The position numbers were made by a program, and so were the translations under genes. The notes under the pieces are model-generated. The model ran no database searches and had not been told where the DNA came from. It worked only from the letters and a program-made list of their open reading frames with translations. A DNA stretch of 64,000 nt from an uncultured virus (IMG/VR IMGVR_UViG_3300042349_000638). Its lineage: Duplodnaviria; Heunggongvirae; Uroviricota; Caudoviricetes. Positions 45,768 through 55,792 of this stretch are shown one piece after another; position 1 is the stretch's first letter, and the number at the start of each line of letters is the position of its first letter. The DNA lies in the IMG/VR virus record IMGVR_UViG_3300042349_000638; one strand, written 5' to 3'.

Positions 45768-45948
45768 ATCGTACTGCTAAAATTTCATCTGGTATTACAT
45801 TTCCATTTTCGTCAAACATTTCTGGATGAGTATATGCAACGTAATTTTTTTCATAAAAATGCTGTTTTGCCATCCACCCAAACATTCCTCCCACAAAGAA
45901 AAACATGATAGAAATTAAAGTGGTAATGGTAAGCGTTACTGCTAACAT
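45718..45948 (-). CDS. Small membrane protein
   Basis: N-terminal hydrophobic helix, HPEMFDENGN motif, acidic tail. SD GGAGG upstream. Confidence 0.7.
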   Translation of the reverse strand: MLAVTLTITTLISIMFFFVGGMFGWMAKQHFYEKNYVAYTHPEMFDENGNVIPDEILAVRFENDYEYNEDDDEEED

Positions 45949-45970
45949 TTTTAAACCTCCACAAAGAGAG

Positions 45971-46108
45971 TTACTTTTTTACAATATTAAAAGAAATTTC
46001 AAAATGAAAATGTATCTCCCTTTTGAGGAGAGATATCATCTTACCAAACGCAAGTTGAAACGTTCTCGGCTTTGATGGTTCCTCCTCCTTATTATATTGA
46101 CGTAACAT
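45971..46108 (-). CDS. Small hypothetical protein
   Basis: 3' part of track ORF 45971-46201. The ATG at 46108 follows a CTAAATA box at 46144-46150. Start uncertain. Confidence 0.5.
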   Translation of the reverse strand: MLRQYNKEEEPSKPRTFQLAFGKMISLLKREIHFHFEISFNIVKK

Positions 46109-46142
46109 TAATTCAAATCCTCTATTGATATGAGGATCTGAA

Positions 46143-46502
46143 CTATTTAGACTGTTTTTTGCGTCTTCCTGGTCGTTTATCATAGTTGTATCTTTGTGCA
46201 TCCTCTAAGATACCGTGAAGATAGTCTCTTATTTTTCTTGCTTGTGGTTTTGGAATATGACCATATGCTTCTCTAAGTTGCTTATGATCATTATCCGCCC
46301 CACCTTCAATGTAAGAACTAAGGTCTGTTATAAGACTTGTAATATTTAAAGCTGTTGGACTTACAATAAATTCCTCAACTTCAATTCTTTTAGTTCCTCT
46401 TATCTTGAGATAGTCATAAAATTTTAAAACAAACTGACCATTGAATGCAAAATCAATAGCCTTTTCTACATCAAAATAGACTTCTCGGATAGTGCTGTTC
46501 AT
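46143..46502 (-). CDS. Hypothetical protein
   Basis: 119 aa with LREAYGHIPKPQARKI. Abuts the glutaredoxin stop. Confidence 0.75.
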   Translation of the reverse strand: MNSTIREVYFDVEKAIDFAFNGQFVLKFYDYLKIRGTKRIEVEEFIVSPTALNITSLITDLSSYIEGGADNDHKQLREAYGHIPKPQARKIRDYLHGILEDAQRYNYDKRPGRRKKQSK

Positions 46503-46742
46503 TTAGATAATTTTATTTTCTTGAAGGTACTTGATAGTATCGACACATCCGCCAAGATGTTCTTGATCATTCAAAATAACCTGAGGAAAAGTAGATCCCT
46601 CTCCAAATTCAGCATAAAATTGCTGAGGAGTGAAATCATCATGAAGATCATAAATCTTATGCTCAAGGTCAGACAACTCTAGCACCTGAGCAATCTTTTG
46701 GCAATAGGGGCATCCTTGCTTAGAATAAACTGTGAATCTCAT
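46503..46742 (-). CDS. nrdC: Glutaredoxin
   Basis: VYSK-x-GCPYC...TFPQV...LGGC. Probable ATG at 46742. Confidence 0.9.
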   Translation of the reverse strand: MRFTVYSKQGCPYCQKIAQVLELSDLEHKIYDLHDDFTPQQFYAEFGEGSTFPQVILNDQEHLGGCVDTIKYLQENKII

Positions 46743-46774
46743 AAAATTATGTAAAGAAATATACCTATATTTAG

Positions 46775-46803
46775 AGTATAGTCTTTTACGCATCAAAAGT
46801 CAA
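46775..46803 (-). promoter_or_regulatory. Sigma70-type promoter of the glutaredoxin operon
   Basis: TTGACT (46803-46798), 17 nt, TATACT (46780-46775), followed immediately by a late-type CTAAATA. Confidence 0.7.
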
Positions 46804-49800
46804 TTATGCTTGACTTTCCTTCCAAGATAATCTTGCTGAAATAGACATTGGGGTATTAACAGTAATACCAGTAGTGTTTAGTGGCGCAGCAGCAATTGTA
46901 AGAACATCTGGACCATTTGGATAAACACCATCTCCACCAAGAATACAATTTCCTAAAGAAAGCAGCGATGAAATATCAGCAGTAAAAGCATTTGGAGTTC
47001 TTCTTCCAGTCGAATCTGGAGGGTTTCCAGTTGCTCTGAATGAAAATACTTGAGTTCCTCCACTAACAATATCAAATGAGTTATGAGAAATGACTTGACT
47101 TAGACTTGGAATTCCTTGACCTTGCCAAGTAACACTATCAACTTGACCATTTAAGATTAGACGAATTTCAACGTCATGTGTTGTTAACACTCCCAGAGAA
47201 TCAAGTGCAAGTTGCATTCTATTAATAATGTCTCTCTCTCCCAATAATCCCGTAATTCCACCATCTACAGAAGGTGCAAGTCTAAGTGAGATTAATGGAA
47301 TGACATCAGGAACTGGGATTACACCTCCAAAAGTATGACTAATATTAGATGCAGTTTGGTTTGCAATAAAGTTTGTAGATGCAGTTGGTCCAGACGGTGC
47401 GGAACTAAAGAAGAAATCGACGTATGCTTGTCCCCCTCCCGCAGAAATTATACGATAAACATATGCAGTTCCTTTTGCTGCAATTGCAGTACTAGTAATT
47501 TCTGTACCAAAAGAAACGTTTCCTATACTTGCAAATCCACTAGCGTCAGTCAAGAATCTGTGTATGTATCTTTCACCAAATCCTGTAACATTTGTTGGCG
47601 TTATGGCATATGCAAATGAAGATCTAAATGTATGAGTTCCCGTTCCTGCTGAAGTAAAATCAATATAAGCATTTGCTTGTGCATTCACAAGTGTAGTTGC
47701 AAGTCTAAAGGTATTACCATCTCTTCTTACGACATAATAATAATTTGCACTTGTAAGTCCGCCAATTACAGTTCCTCCAGTATTAATATACTGAACTAAT
47801 GCACCAGTACTAAGTCCATGATTGTTTATTGTTACATAATCATTTCCTGGACCAAAAAATACGTTTGAAGTATTTCTTGCAGTAAATGTTGTAATTCCAG
47901 TAGAAGTAGTACCATCGGCACGTACATAGGTATAATTTCCTGCTGTTCCAATACCAGTTGCTGTAGATCCAGAGAATGTCAAAAATGGAGCAGAGGCTGT
48001 AAACAGATAAGCATCATCATCTTCAAATTTACCGTCCATCTGTACGGTTGTTCCCCAGTGAGCAAGTGATGGTGCAAAGACTGGAGTTCCAACATTCAAA
48101 ATCTCATACCTTGCAGGAAGGTTACCAGATCTCATAAATGCTTCATTTTTTTTGTTATTGTGCTTATATTGATGTACGTAAATAACTTCACCTTCTTGAT
48201 CTTTAAATCCAAAACGTATTTTTCCAGCGCCATACCAAGAATAATCCATGTATGCCATCTGTATTCTAGTTACATCAAGAACATAACCAGTTTCTCCAGT
48301 TCCATCGCAAGGATCAATAGACCAATTTATTTGTGCCGTTTTAGTATCAACTGTCTTAGATGTAATAACATTGCTATTCGTTGTTCCTCTGTATGCTGGT
48401 TGAACATACAATGTAGTATTATTTGGAATATTAACTATTTTATAACTTTGACCACGTATAACGATTCGGTCTCCAACTTCCAGTTGTTGTAAAAATCTTG
48501 TGCCAGATCCAATTATTTCATTTGAATTATAAGTTACACTAATTGTCCCCCCTAACTGACCTGTACTATCTCTTCTAACGGCATAAAGTTGGTCTCCATC
48601 ATATTCATAGAACATTCCATTTTGGAAATCATACATTCCAGCTCTAAGTTTAGATCCTCCCCAACCTTGTACGACCAATTGAGGGAATCCCCCAACAATT
48701 GATTGTGAAGGAGCGGTATCCATATAGTACTCAAAAGTATTTGAGTCAATAACAGACTTTACAATAAATTGCCCATTATAAGGATTTGGACCATTTGTAA
48801 CTTCAGCATCTCTAATAGTAATACTTTGTGATGTAGTCAATCCATGTGGATAACGTGTTACTGCAGTTGCTGTTGTACTAATACCAGAAATAGTTGAAAT
48901 ATCAAGAGGAGGATTAAAGTTAATAGCGAACTGCGACGCCAAACCTTTACCTGATTGATAACGGAAATATCTACGAGTTTGTCTTACAATTTGAGAATCT
49001 GCATTAAATCCAGCATTTATTTCAACTCCACCATCAAAAGGTCTATGTACACTAAATGAATTAGACTTCACATAAATTGAAGTTGGCTTTAAGAAATATG
49101 TATTACTAACTGAAGTAGATGGGAGAGTACCATTGACTTGTATCTTAGTATCACTAAGAACACCATAAACTGTTCCTTCAAAGACAGTTGTACTACTGAC
49201 TCCTACAACAATTGGATCTCCAGATTTGAATGATCGATTAAATTTAGTATCAAATCCCTCAACAAGATCAGAATCTGCAGTAATTCTAATTGTACCAACA
49301 CCAATATTTTCTCCATTTAGATTTGAAGAAGTTAAAGTATGTTGTGTACCAGATCCAGTTGAACTAAAAGTAATTGCAACTCCAGCAGTAGCATTTGCAA
49401 AAGAACTAGCGAGTCTAAGACCATCTTTTGCAATTCTGATAACATAATAAGATGATCCACTAGTAAGTCCGCCTATATTGCTTCCTCCTCCATTATTATA
49501 AAGTACTTGAGTGCCAGTTGAAAGTCTATGCGAAGGAATTTCAATAAAATTATCACCACCGACATATAATTTTGACTGAGGGTTAAATGTCGCCTCAATC
49601 TTTGGTACTGTTATATTGGAGTTTGTAAATCTAAATCCCGTTGTTCCAAGACCAACAGATGATACTGAATAAACTCCATCAAATGCGCCTGTGGTGGTAG
49701 TAAAAAATGTTTGAATTCCAACTCCAGCACTGGTGATATTAATAGCTGCTGATCCTTGTGTCTCAGATAATCTAAAACGATCATCAGTTACATCTCGCGT

Positions 49801-51684
49801 ATAATATGTTAGTCCCCCAGTCAATCCTCCAATCGTTGTACCAGATCCCACTTCATAAACAACTTCAAGATTATCACTTAAACCATGTCCTGCTATTAAA
49901 ATAGTATTTTTAATTGGATTATCAACTATTTTTTGGAATGAATGGGCAGCTCCCACTGCACCGTATCCAGTAATATCAATTCTACTACCAACTGTAGATG
50001 TTTTTAATCCAAATTGATTTGTATCTGCAACATCAATATAATACTGAGTATTGTTTGTTAGATTACTTATAGTTGTTCCTCCACCGTTATTATATGTCCA
50101 TAGTTCATCAGTAATAAATCCATGATTAGCAATGTAAAAAGTATTTCTTGAACTATTTGCTATAAGAGGAACAAAAACATTTTCGGATACTGTAGATGTA
50201 GTTGCACTAAAGTTAATTCTGGTTCCACCGCCAGATGCTAATGATAAAGTACGTGAAGTTGTACCTGCTGCTTGGAAATAATAATAAGTTACAACAGTTG
50301 ACTCATCATATAACTTTGCTGGATTTTGCGTAGTTACTAAAGTTTGCATGATATTGGTTCCAGAAGTAGGACCAACGCATAGCAAAGGTGTGTTTATATC
50401 AGTAACACTTGTATCCTCATTCCAGTTCACAGCATCTGATGTGGTATTAGTCATACTAAGGGCAGTATAACCTCTGTAGAATCCCAAAATTCCAGTTCCA
50501 GTAGCTGCAGTAATGCTGACTGCAGCACCTCCAGATGTATCTGATAATGAAAAACTATTCGTTGAGGCACTAACAATATAATAACGGTTATTTGCCGTTA
50601 GTCCAGTTGGAGCAGTGCTATTGGGAGCTACAATAAAAAGAACAACTTGCCCATTAGTAAATCCATGAGAATTGATGTTGATTGCATTAGTAGCAACATC
50701 ATCTCCACCTCTAGCAAACTTGGTGCTTAATGTACTGGTATAATCCCAAATATCTGTTTTGCGTATTCCCGTACCATTGTTTGAATTATATTGATTTGGT
50801 TCAAATGTGTTAGTTGTGACAATTGTATCAGCAACTTCAACACTTGATGCGTTAAATTCAAGAGATTGGGTTCCTAGTGTATCAACGACATAAAATTCTG
50901 TCCCAGAAGTAAATCCATGAGGATAAGGAGTTGTAACTGCAATAGTTGAAGGTGTTGCACCATCAGTAGTTACAATATCATATGCGATATCAGACCCAGT
51001 ATAAAATTTTCCAGGAACTAAGTAAGTATATGCTCCACTAATTGTTCCCGTAGAATTTGCAGTGTTTCTTGCAGAAAATGTAAATATATCAGTACCAGAA
51101 ACAGACTCAACAATATAACTACCATCTAAATTTGATTGGTTAAGTCCTCTGACATCAAAAGGAATTCCTACAATAAGTCCATGATCTATACAAGTAACTG
51201 TTAGAATTTTACTTCCAGAAGTTGATTTTATATAAGTTAAGTTTAAAGCAATATCTCCAGTACTGGAATAAAATCCAGGAATATTATTTACTAACTCTAG
51301 GGTTTCCCATTTTGTTGACTGAAGACCATATTCAAAGTCCGTATCAATAAGAGTTTGAGCTTCAGATATTCTAAATTTTGATACAGGGTCAGTATAAGTT
51401 GGAGATGGTCTAAATCTTACAGAGTCCTCTTCAATTAAGATTTGAAGGGAATCATTAGTGCTCATTGCCGAGCAATCAGCTGATAAAACAACAGTTGTTA
51501 ATTCAGTATCATTATCAAAAGTTACAGATATTGCTGTCAAATTAGGATCAGCAAAATTATAAATTATCTTATTACTTGTAACGTTAGTAATAAGAAGTAA
51601 TCTTCTTCTATGAATATTTCCTTCAATCGAAACAGTATTTGTAGATGGTGTAAAAGTGTAACGATGTAAAAGTGCTTTTGCCAT
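46804..51684 (-). CDS. Giant virion structural protein (paralogue of 9462-14660)
   Basis: 1626 aa with the same conserved blocks as the 1732-aa protein. Repeated HG(L/F)...Y...I-x-GLT...YYV modules. Confidence 0.7.
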   Translation of the reverse strand: MAKALLHRYTFTPSTNTVSIEGNIHRRRLLLITNVTSNKIIYNFADPNLTAISVTFDNDTELTTVVLSADCSAMSTNDSLQILIEEDSVRFRPSPTYTDPVSKFRISEAQTLIDTDFEYGLQSTKWETLELVNNIPGFYSSTGDIALNLTYIKSTSGSKILTVTCIDHGLIVGIPFDVRGLNQSNLDGSYIVESVSGTDIFTFSARNTANSTGTISGAYTYLVPGKFYTGSDIAYDIVTTDGATPSTIAVTTPYPHGFTSGTEFYVVDTLGTQSLEFNASSVEVADTIVTTNTFEPNQYNSNNGTGIRKTDIWDYTSTLSTKFARGGDDVATNAININSHGFTNGQVVLFIVAPNSTAPTGLTANNRYYIVSASTNSFSLSDTSGGAAVSITAATGTGILGFYRGYTALSMTNTTSDAVNWNEDTSVTDINTPLLCVGPTSGTNIMQTLVTTQNPAKLYDESTVVTYYYFQAAGTTSRTLSLASGGGTRINFSATTSTVSENVFVPLIANSSRNTFYIANHGFITDELWTYNNGGGTTISNLTNNTQYYIDVADTNQFGLKTSTVGSRIDITGYGAVGAAHSFQKIVDNPIKNTILIAGHGLSDNLEVVYEVGSGTTIGGLTGGLTYYTRDVTDDRFRLSETQGSAAINITSAGVGIQTFFTTTTGAFDGVYSVSSVGLGTTGFRFTNSNITVPKIEATFNPQSKLYVGGDNFIEIPSHRLSTGTQVLYNNGGGSNIGGLTSGSSYYVIRIAKDGLRLASSFANATAGVAITFSSTGSGTQHTLTSSNLNGENIGVGTIRITADSDLVEGFDTKFNRSFKSGDPIVVGVSSTTVFEGTVYGVLSDTKIQVNGTLPSTSVSNTYFLKPTSIYVKSNSFSVHRPFDGGVEINAGFNADSQIVRQTRRYFRYQSGKGLASQFAINFNPPLDISTISGISTTATAVTRYPHGLTTSQSITIRDAEVTNGPNPYNGQFIVKSVIDSNTFEYYMDTAPSQSIVGGFPQLVVQGWGGSKLRAGMYDFQNGMFYEYDGDQLYAVRRDSTGQLGGTISVTYNSNEIIGSGTRFLQQLEVGDRIVIRGQSYKIVNIPNNTTLYVQPAYRGTTNSNVITSKTVDTKTAQINWSIDPCDGTGETGYVLDVTRIQMAYMDYSWYGAGKIRFGFKDQEGEVIYVHQYKHNNKKNEAFMRSGNLPARYEILNVGTPVFAPSLAHWGTTVQMDGKFEDDDAYLFTASAPFLTFSGSTATGIGTAGNYTYVRADGTTSTGITTFTARNTSNVFFGPGNDYVTINNHGLSTGALVQYINTGGTVIGGLTSANYYYVVRRDGNTFRLATTLVNAQANAYIDFTSAGTGTHTFRSSFAYAITPTNVTGFGERYIHRFLTDASGFASIGNVSFGTEITSTAIAAKGTAYVYRIISAGGGQAYVDFFFSSAPSGPTASTNFIANQTASNISHTFGGVIPVPDVIPLISLRLAPSVDGGITGLLGERDIINRMQLALDSLGVLTTHDVEIRLILNGQVDSVTWQGQGIPSLSQVISHNSFDIVSGGTQVFSFRATGNPPDSTGRRTPNAFTADISSLLSLGNCILGGDGVYPNGPDVLTIAAAPLNTTGITVNTPMSISARLSWKESQA

Positions 51685-51724
51685 TTTTTAGATTTACCTC
51701 TATTTCTTAAAATCTACAAATTTA

Positions 51725-51913
51725 TCAACCACCCAAACCAATTGATAAAGCAACAGCAAATGACTCAGTTGCTAATGACGTTCCAGATACGGTGGTTCCA
51801 TCATGAGTCACTACAGTTTTCTTATCAGTATCATAAGTTATTTCACCTTCAGCACCAGTGAAAGAAGCATGTTGTGTACTAGATCCTCTTCTTATCTGTA
51901 CTTGCTTAGTCAT
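51725..51913 (-). CDS. Minimal Mtd_N-domain protein (putative adaptor)
   Basis: VQIRRG...H-x-x-FTGAEGEIT-x-DTDK...HDG-x-T-x-x-G, followed only by a hydrophobic tail FAVALSIGLGG. Confidence 0.7.
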   Translation of the reverse strand: MTKQVQIRRGSSTQHASFTGAEGEITYDTDKKTVVTHDGTTVSGTSLATESFAVALSIGLGG

Positions 51914-51973
51914 TATACTTTGGGACTACTAAAACTTATTTAGGCTTTGAATCAATAGCAATTAGTCTTGATT

Positions 51974-53737
51974 TTATCCAAAGTTTCCAATTGTTGTACC
52001 AGTACCAACGCATGTAACCTTCATATAAGAGTTTGATAATGCTGTTATTGTTGCAGTTGAACTAAAAGCAAGTAAATCTAATCTTGAGTTTGATGCTGGT
52101 TGAACTAAACCTTTAATTGTGATTCCGTGAGATGTGCCAGCAGTAAGAGATGCTGAAGTAAATATAGTTACTGGACTTACTGTTCCACCAACAACAATTG
52201 CGTTTGAAGCAGTATTGGCCTGCAACGTAGCAAACGTAAAGTTACCTGTTGACAATGATGCTTGAACCGTAACTGTGCCAGCGTTCGTAACTTTTGTAAC
52301 AAAAACAACTGCTTCTATTTCATAGATGTACCCGCCCAGTAAAGCGGGTCTATTTGTTGCACCAAAAAATGATGTTCCAGGACTTGTCGTGTCATTAATT
52401 GATAAATTATCTGGTCTGCGAATAAACTGAATCTCAGGAACTAATGCTCTTCGGTTAGCATTTGTCGTATCATCATTTGTATGATATAACAGAACTCTAT
52501 CATATTCAAAAGCACCAGATTCTGGCGTAGTAAGTAGAGTTGTAGATGCAACTGATATTTTTAATGGAGCTGAGGATGCTGCAGCAGATCCCGTTCCTTC
52601 AATATGCAATTCTGCAGTTGGATTTGTAACACTAATTCCAATATTACCACCTAAAGGTTGTAAAACTATGTTATATGTTGCTGTTGATGGAACCGTAAAT
52701 CCAGATTGTATCCACTGTGCAAAATTATTACTAGAACCATATTGACCTATTGAAAGATAATTTCCACCTTGTCCCGATAAAATAGTATGGGCATTTACGG
52801 TAATATCACTGATTGATGGATTTCCTTGTGCAACTGAATTTCCTAACCTTACCACTCCAGTTACGTCAAGTTTATATGATGGATTAGTGACACCAACTCC
52901 AAGATTACCAGAAACATAAGCACCACCAGTAACTTGAAGTGGTTGTGATACGGTTCCAGTTAAAACGTCAGATCCAATTCCAACTTCACCTGTTGAATGG
53001 ACTACAACTCTATTGGTTAGATTTGTAGATGTAGCAATACCTTCAAAAGTTCCAGAAGTTGCTGCTGTATAAGTATCAATTCTAACTTGACCACCAGCAA
53101 GTCTTATTCTATCCCACCCATTGGAAGCATCTGCATCATTTCCTTTAAATAGAAGAAGTTCCGATCTTTCTGTTCCAGTGGTCCAAACTCTTTCACCAAT
53201 ATAGGTGTGATTATAAGAACCAGGACCATCACCAGTTGTTCCATAAAATGCAATATAATTTGAAGTTGTTGAAACTCCAAGTCTCAAGTTACCATCAACT
53301 TGAAGTCTTTCTCCAGGATTTGTGGATCCTATTCCAAGATTACCAGAAACATAAGCACCACCAGTAACTTGAAGTGGTTGTGATACGGTTCCAGTTGAAG
53401 TTCCAGAACCAATAAAAACTGGTCCATTTGTAAATGTAGAGATTCCAGTTACATTAATTAATGCAAATGTAGAGACTCCAGTTACATTAATTCTTGATAC
53501 GTTCGGTAACGTTGTAACACCACTAACTATTAAAGTCGTTGCTTCAATATCTTTATTTGTAATTCTTTGAGTTGCTGCAACTCCCACAAGTTCATGACCA
53601 CCTTTAGTGGATCCATCATGAACTCTTAGAGTTTTATTTGTAGTGTCTACAGTTACTTCTGCTAAAGCGCCAGTAAATCCAACACCAGAAGTATGATCAG
53701 AGGTAGATCCTCTTCTAAATTGTACTTCTTTGACCAT
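51974..53737 (-). CDS. Tail fibre/receptor-binding protein with Mtd_N domain
   Basis: N-terminal VQFRRG...FTGALAEVTVDT...HDGSTKGG, fibre GNLGIG repeats, distinct beta-rich C-terminal domain. Confidence 0.75.
   Translation of the reverse strand: MVKEVQFRRGSTSDHTSGVGFTGALAEVTVDTTNKTLRVHDGSTKGGHELVGVAATQRITNKDIEATTLIVSGVTTLPNVSRINVTGVSTFALINVTGISTFTNGPVFIGSGTSTGTVSQPLQVTGGAYVSGNLGIGSTNPGERLQVDGNLRLGVSTTSNYIAFYGTTGDGPGSYNHTYIGERVWTTGTERSELLLFKGNDADASNGWDRIRLAGGQVRIDTYTAATSGTFEGIATSTNLTNRVVVHSTGEVGIGSDVLTGTVSQPLQVTGGAYVSGNLGVGVTNPSYKLDVTGVVRLGNSVAQGNPSISDITVNAHTILSGQGGNYLSIGQYGSSNNFAQWIQSGFTVPSTATYNIVLQPLGGNIGISVTNPTAELHIEGTGSAAASSAPLKISVASTTLLTTPESGAFEYDRVLLYHTNDDTTNANRRALVPEIQFIRRPDNLSINDTTSPGTSFFGATNRPALLGGYIYEIEAVVFVTKVTNAGTVTVQASLSTGNFTFATLQANTASNAIVVGGTVSPVTIFTSASLTAGTSHGITIKGLVQPASNSRLDLLAFSSTATITALSNSYMKVTCVGTGTTIGNFG
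52898..53396. repeat. Exact 64-nt direct repeat (52898-52961 and 53333-53396)
   Basis: TCCAAGATTACCAGAAACATAAGCACCACCAGTAACTTGAAGTGGTTGTGATACGGTTCCAGTT occurs twice and encodes TGTVSQPLQVTGGAYVSGNLG. Confidence 0.9.
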
Positions 53738-53818
53738 TTATATTCTCCAATTCATTATATTCAATAGACCTTGTTAAAATTTTTATCTATCAAAATATAC
53801 TTTAAGTTATTTATTTTA

Positions 53819-54664
53819 CTATACATCTGCAGTATTGGTTGAAGGATACAATCTACTTGGTCCCCATATAATTCTCACTGCTCCCTGAGCTCCAGCACCT
53901 GCCGTAGAAGCATCAGATCCACCGCCACCACCACCATAAGCGCCGCCATTAGATAAAGTTGGTTTTGTACCGCCAGATCCAGCGTTACCACCCTCTGTTG
54001 ATGTTGCGGTTGCTGCGCCACTGGTTCCTTCTCCAAGAATTCCTACGCCGCCACCACCGTAACCCTGCGCTGTACCGCCACCGCCGCCGCCACCTGCTGC
54101 TCCTCCCGTTCCAGCGCCGCCCTGAGCATTGTTTGTTGCTCCATTTCCACCATTTCCAGAATATCCTCCAGCGCCTCCACCTGCACCATTATATGAAGTA
54201 CTGTTGTTACCACCAGTTCCACCATCACCACCACCGACTGTTCCACTTACTGGCCCAGCGCCAACCGTTGTTCCAGTTCCTCCAGCTCCACCAGTCGTCT
54301 GAGTACCGCCGCCGCCACCATTTGCCTGAACTAAAACAGTACCAGATCTTAAAATATTAGAAAGGACGCCTGCGATACCACTAGCAGTTCCAGCAGCTGC
54401 AGTACCACCAGATCCAACATTTATAGTTAAAGTTTCGCCAGGTGTAACTGCAAGGTTCACAATATAACGTAAACCGCCGCCGCCACCACCAGCTACCTCA
54501 GTACCAGATGTTGCGTTTCTAGCTCCTCCTCCTCCACCGCCAACACAAACTGCAGATATTACAAATACATCTTGAGGAACAACAAAACTAGTTTGTCCAG
54601 GAGTAGTAAATAACTGCTGTCCAGCAGGCATTCTTTGATGAAAAAATGATTGTTGTATTGTCAT
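53819..54664 (-). CDS. Glycine-rich adhesin-like protein
   Basis: QQLFTTPG...CVGGGGGG...GAQGAVRIIWG with polyglycine tracts. Starts 1 nt after the upstream fibre stop. Confidence 0.7.
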   Translation of the reverse strand: MTIQQSFFHQRMPAGQQLFTTPGQTSFVVPQDVFVISAVCVGGGGGGARNATSGTEVAGGGGGGLRYIVNLAVTPGETLTINVGSGGTAAAGTASGIAGVLSNILRSGTVLVQANGGGGGTQTTGGAGGTGTTVGAGPVSGTVGGGDGGTGGNNSTSYNGAGGGAGGYSGNGGNGATNNAQGGAGTGGAAGGGGGGGTAQGYGGGGVGILGEGTSGAATATSTEGGNAGSGGTKPTLSNGGAYGGGGGGSDASTAGAGAQGAVRIIWGPSRLYPSTNTADV

Positions 54665-54665
54665 A

Positions 54666-55748
54666 TTAAGTTAAACCAGCTCCAGAAATTATAAATACGG
54701 GATTGGCACCTCCAGTGACACAAAGAAGTGTGCAGATACCATATTGAGCAAGCGTTCTAGTGCCCGTAGTTGCTGTAGCAGCAAGTCTTAAAGTTACGTT
54801 TGTACCTTGAGTTATTGTTTGAGATGATCCAGAGTCGTTATATACAGTTACAACATCTCCAACAGAAAAAATACTAGCATTAACTGTAACTCCTCCAGTT
54901 GTTATATCAATATGTTTTCCAGCATCTGATGCTGCCAGTATATAAGCACCTGTTTGAGCATTTTGAGGAATTGCTCTTACATCACCCTTACTATCATTAA
55001 CAGTTGATGAAGTAGTAACTCCAACAACGGTTAGATTTCTTGCAGTAGAGAATCCAGTAACAGCTAGAGTAGTAGTAGTAACAATACCTGTAGCGGATAT
55101 ACCACCAGTAAAGTTTCCATTACCAGCGACGTCGAGTTTTGATATCGGATTTGTTGTTCCTACACCAACATTACCTCCCAAATATTTTAATGTTAAAACA
55201 TCTAGTGTAGCGCCATCATTTCTAGATCTATAAAATAGATCACTAGATCCTGTAGATACTGATCCGAAAGCCCAATCAAATAGTCCATTTGTTTGAAAGT
55301 CGAATGCATTTGTTCCTGAAGCATCAGGTCTATTTACACGAACTCTTGCTGTTTGTCCCGATACTTGAATATGATTAGTAGCACCATTAATGCTTAAGAG
55401 ATGATCTGGATTTGTGGTTCCTATGCCAAGATTACCACTTATATAACCACCACCAACAACTTGAAAATCTTGATCTGCAGTACCTGTTGAAGTTCCAGTA
55501 CCAATTAAAACTGGACCAGTAGTAAAAGTTGATACGCCACTAACGGTTACATTTGTCGCAGAAATTAAAGTTTTATTTGTAATTGCCTGCGTTGCTGCAA
55601 TACCTACAAGTTCTTTTCCGCCAACAGTTGTTCCATCATGAACCACTGCAATATCTTTATCAGTATTAATCGTTATTTCCCCTTCGGCACCTGTAAAAGC
55701 GGCATGTTCTGCAGTAGTACCTCTCCTAAATTTTACACCCTTTACCAT
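54666..55748 (-). CDS. Tail fibre with Mtd_N domain
   Basis: N-terminal VKFRRGTTAEHAAFTGAEGEIT...HDGTTVGG. C-terminal domain shared with 1828-4332. Confidence 0.75.
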   Translation of the reverse strand: MVKGVKFRRGTTAEHAAFTGAEGEITINTDKDIAVVHDGTTVGGKELVGIAATQAITNKTLISATNVTVSGVSTFTTGPVLIGTGTSTGTADQDFQVVGGGYISGNLGIGTTNPDHLLSINGATNHIQVSGQTARVRVNRPDASGTNAFDFQTNGLFDWAFGSVSTGSSDLFYRSRNDGATLDVLTLKYLGGNVGVGTTNPISKLDVAGNGNFTGGISATGIVTTTTLAVTGFSTARNLTVVGVTTSSTVNDSKGDVRAIPQNAQTGAYILAASDAGKHIDITTGGVTVNASIFSVGDVVTVYNDSGSSQTITQGTNVTLRLAATATTGTRTLAQYGICTLLCVTGGANPVFIISGAGLT

Positions 55749-55792
55749 TAATCCAGTACCAGATTACTTTTAGTTATTTATTATATGATTTA

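Noticed and set aside
53950..54550. GC-rich patch as a horizontally acquired island
   Set aside because: It is largely explained by Gly/Ala codon content; recent transfer cannot be supported from composition alone.
51725..55748. Diversity-generating retroelement suggested by Mtd-like domains
   Set aside because: Only the N-terminal attachment domain is Mtd-like. I saw no reverse transcriptase and no template/variable repeat pair differing at adenines in this window; the one long repeat is exact and in-frame.
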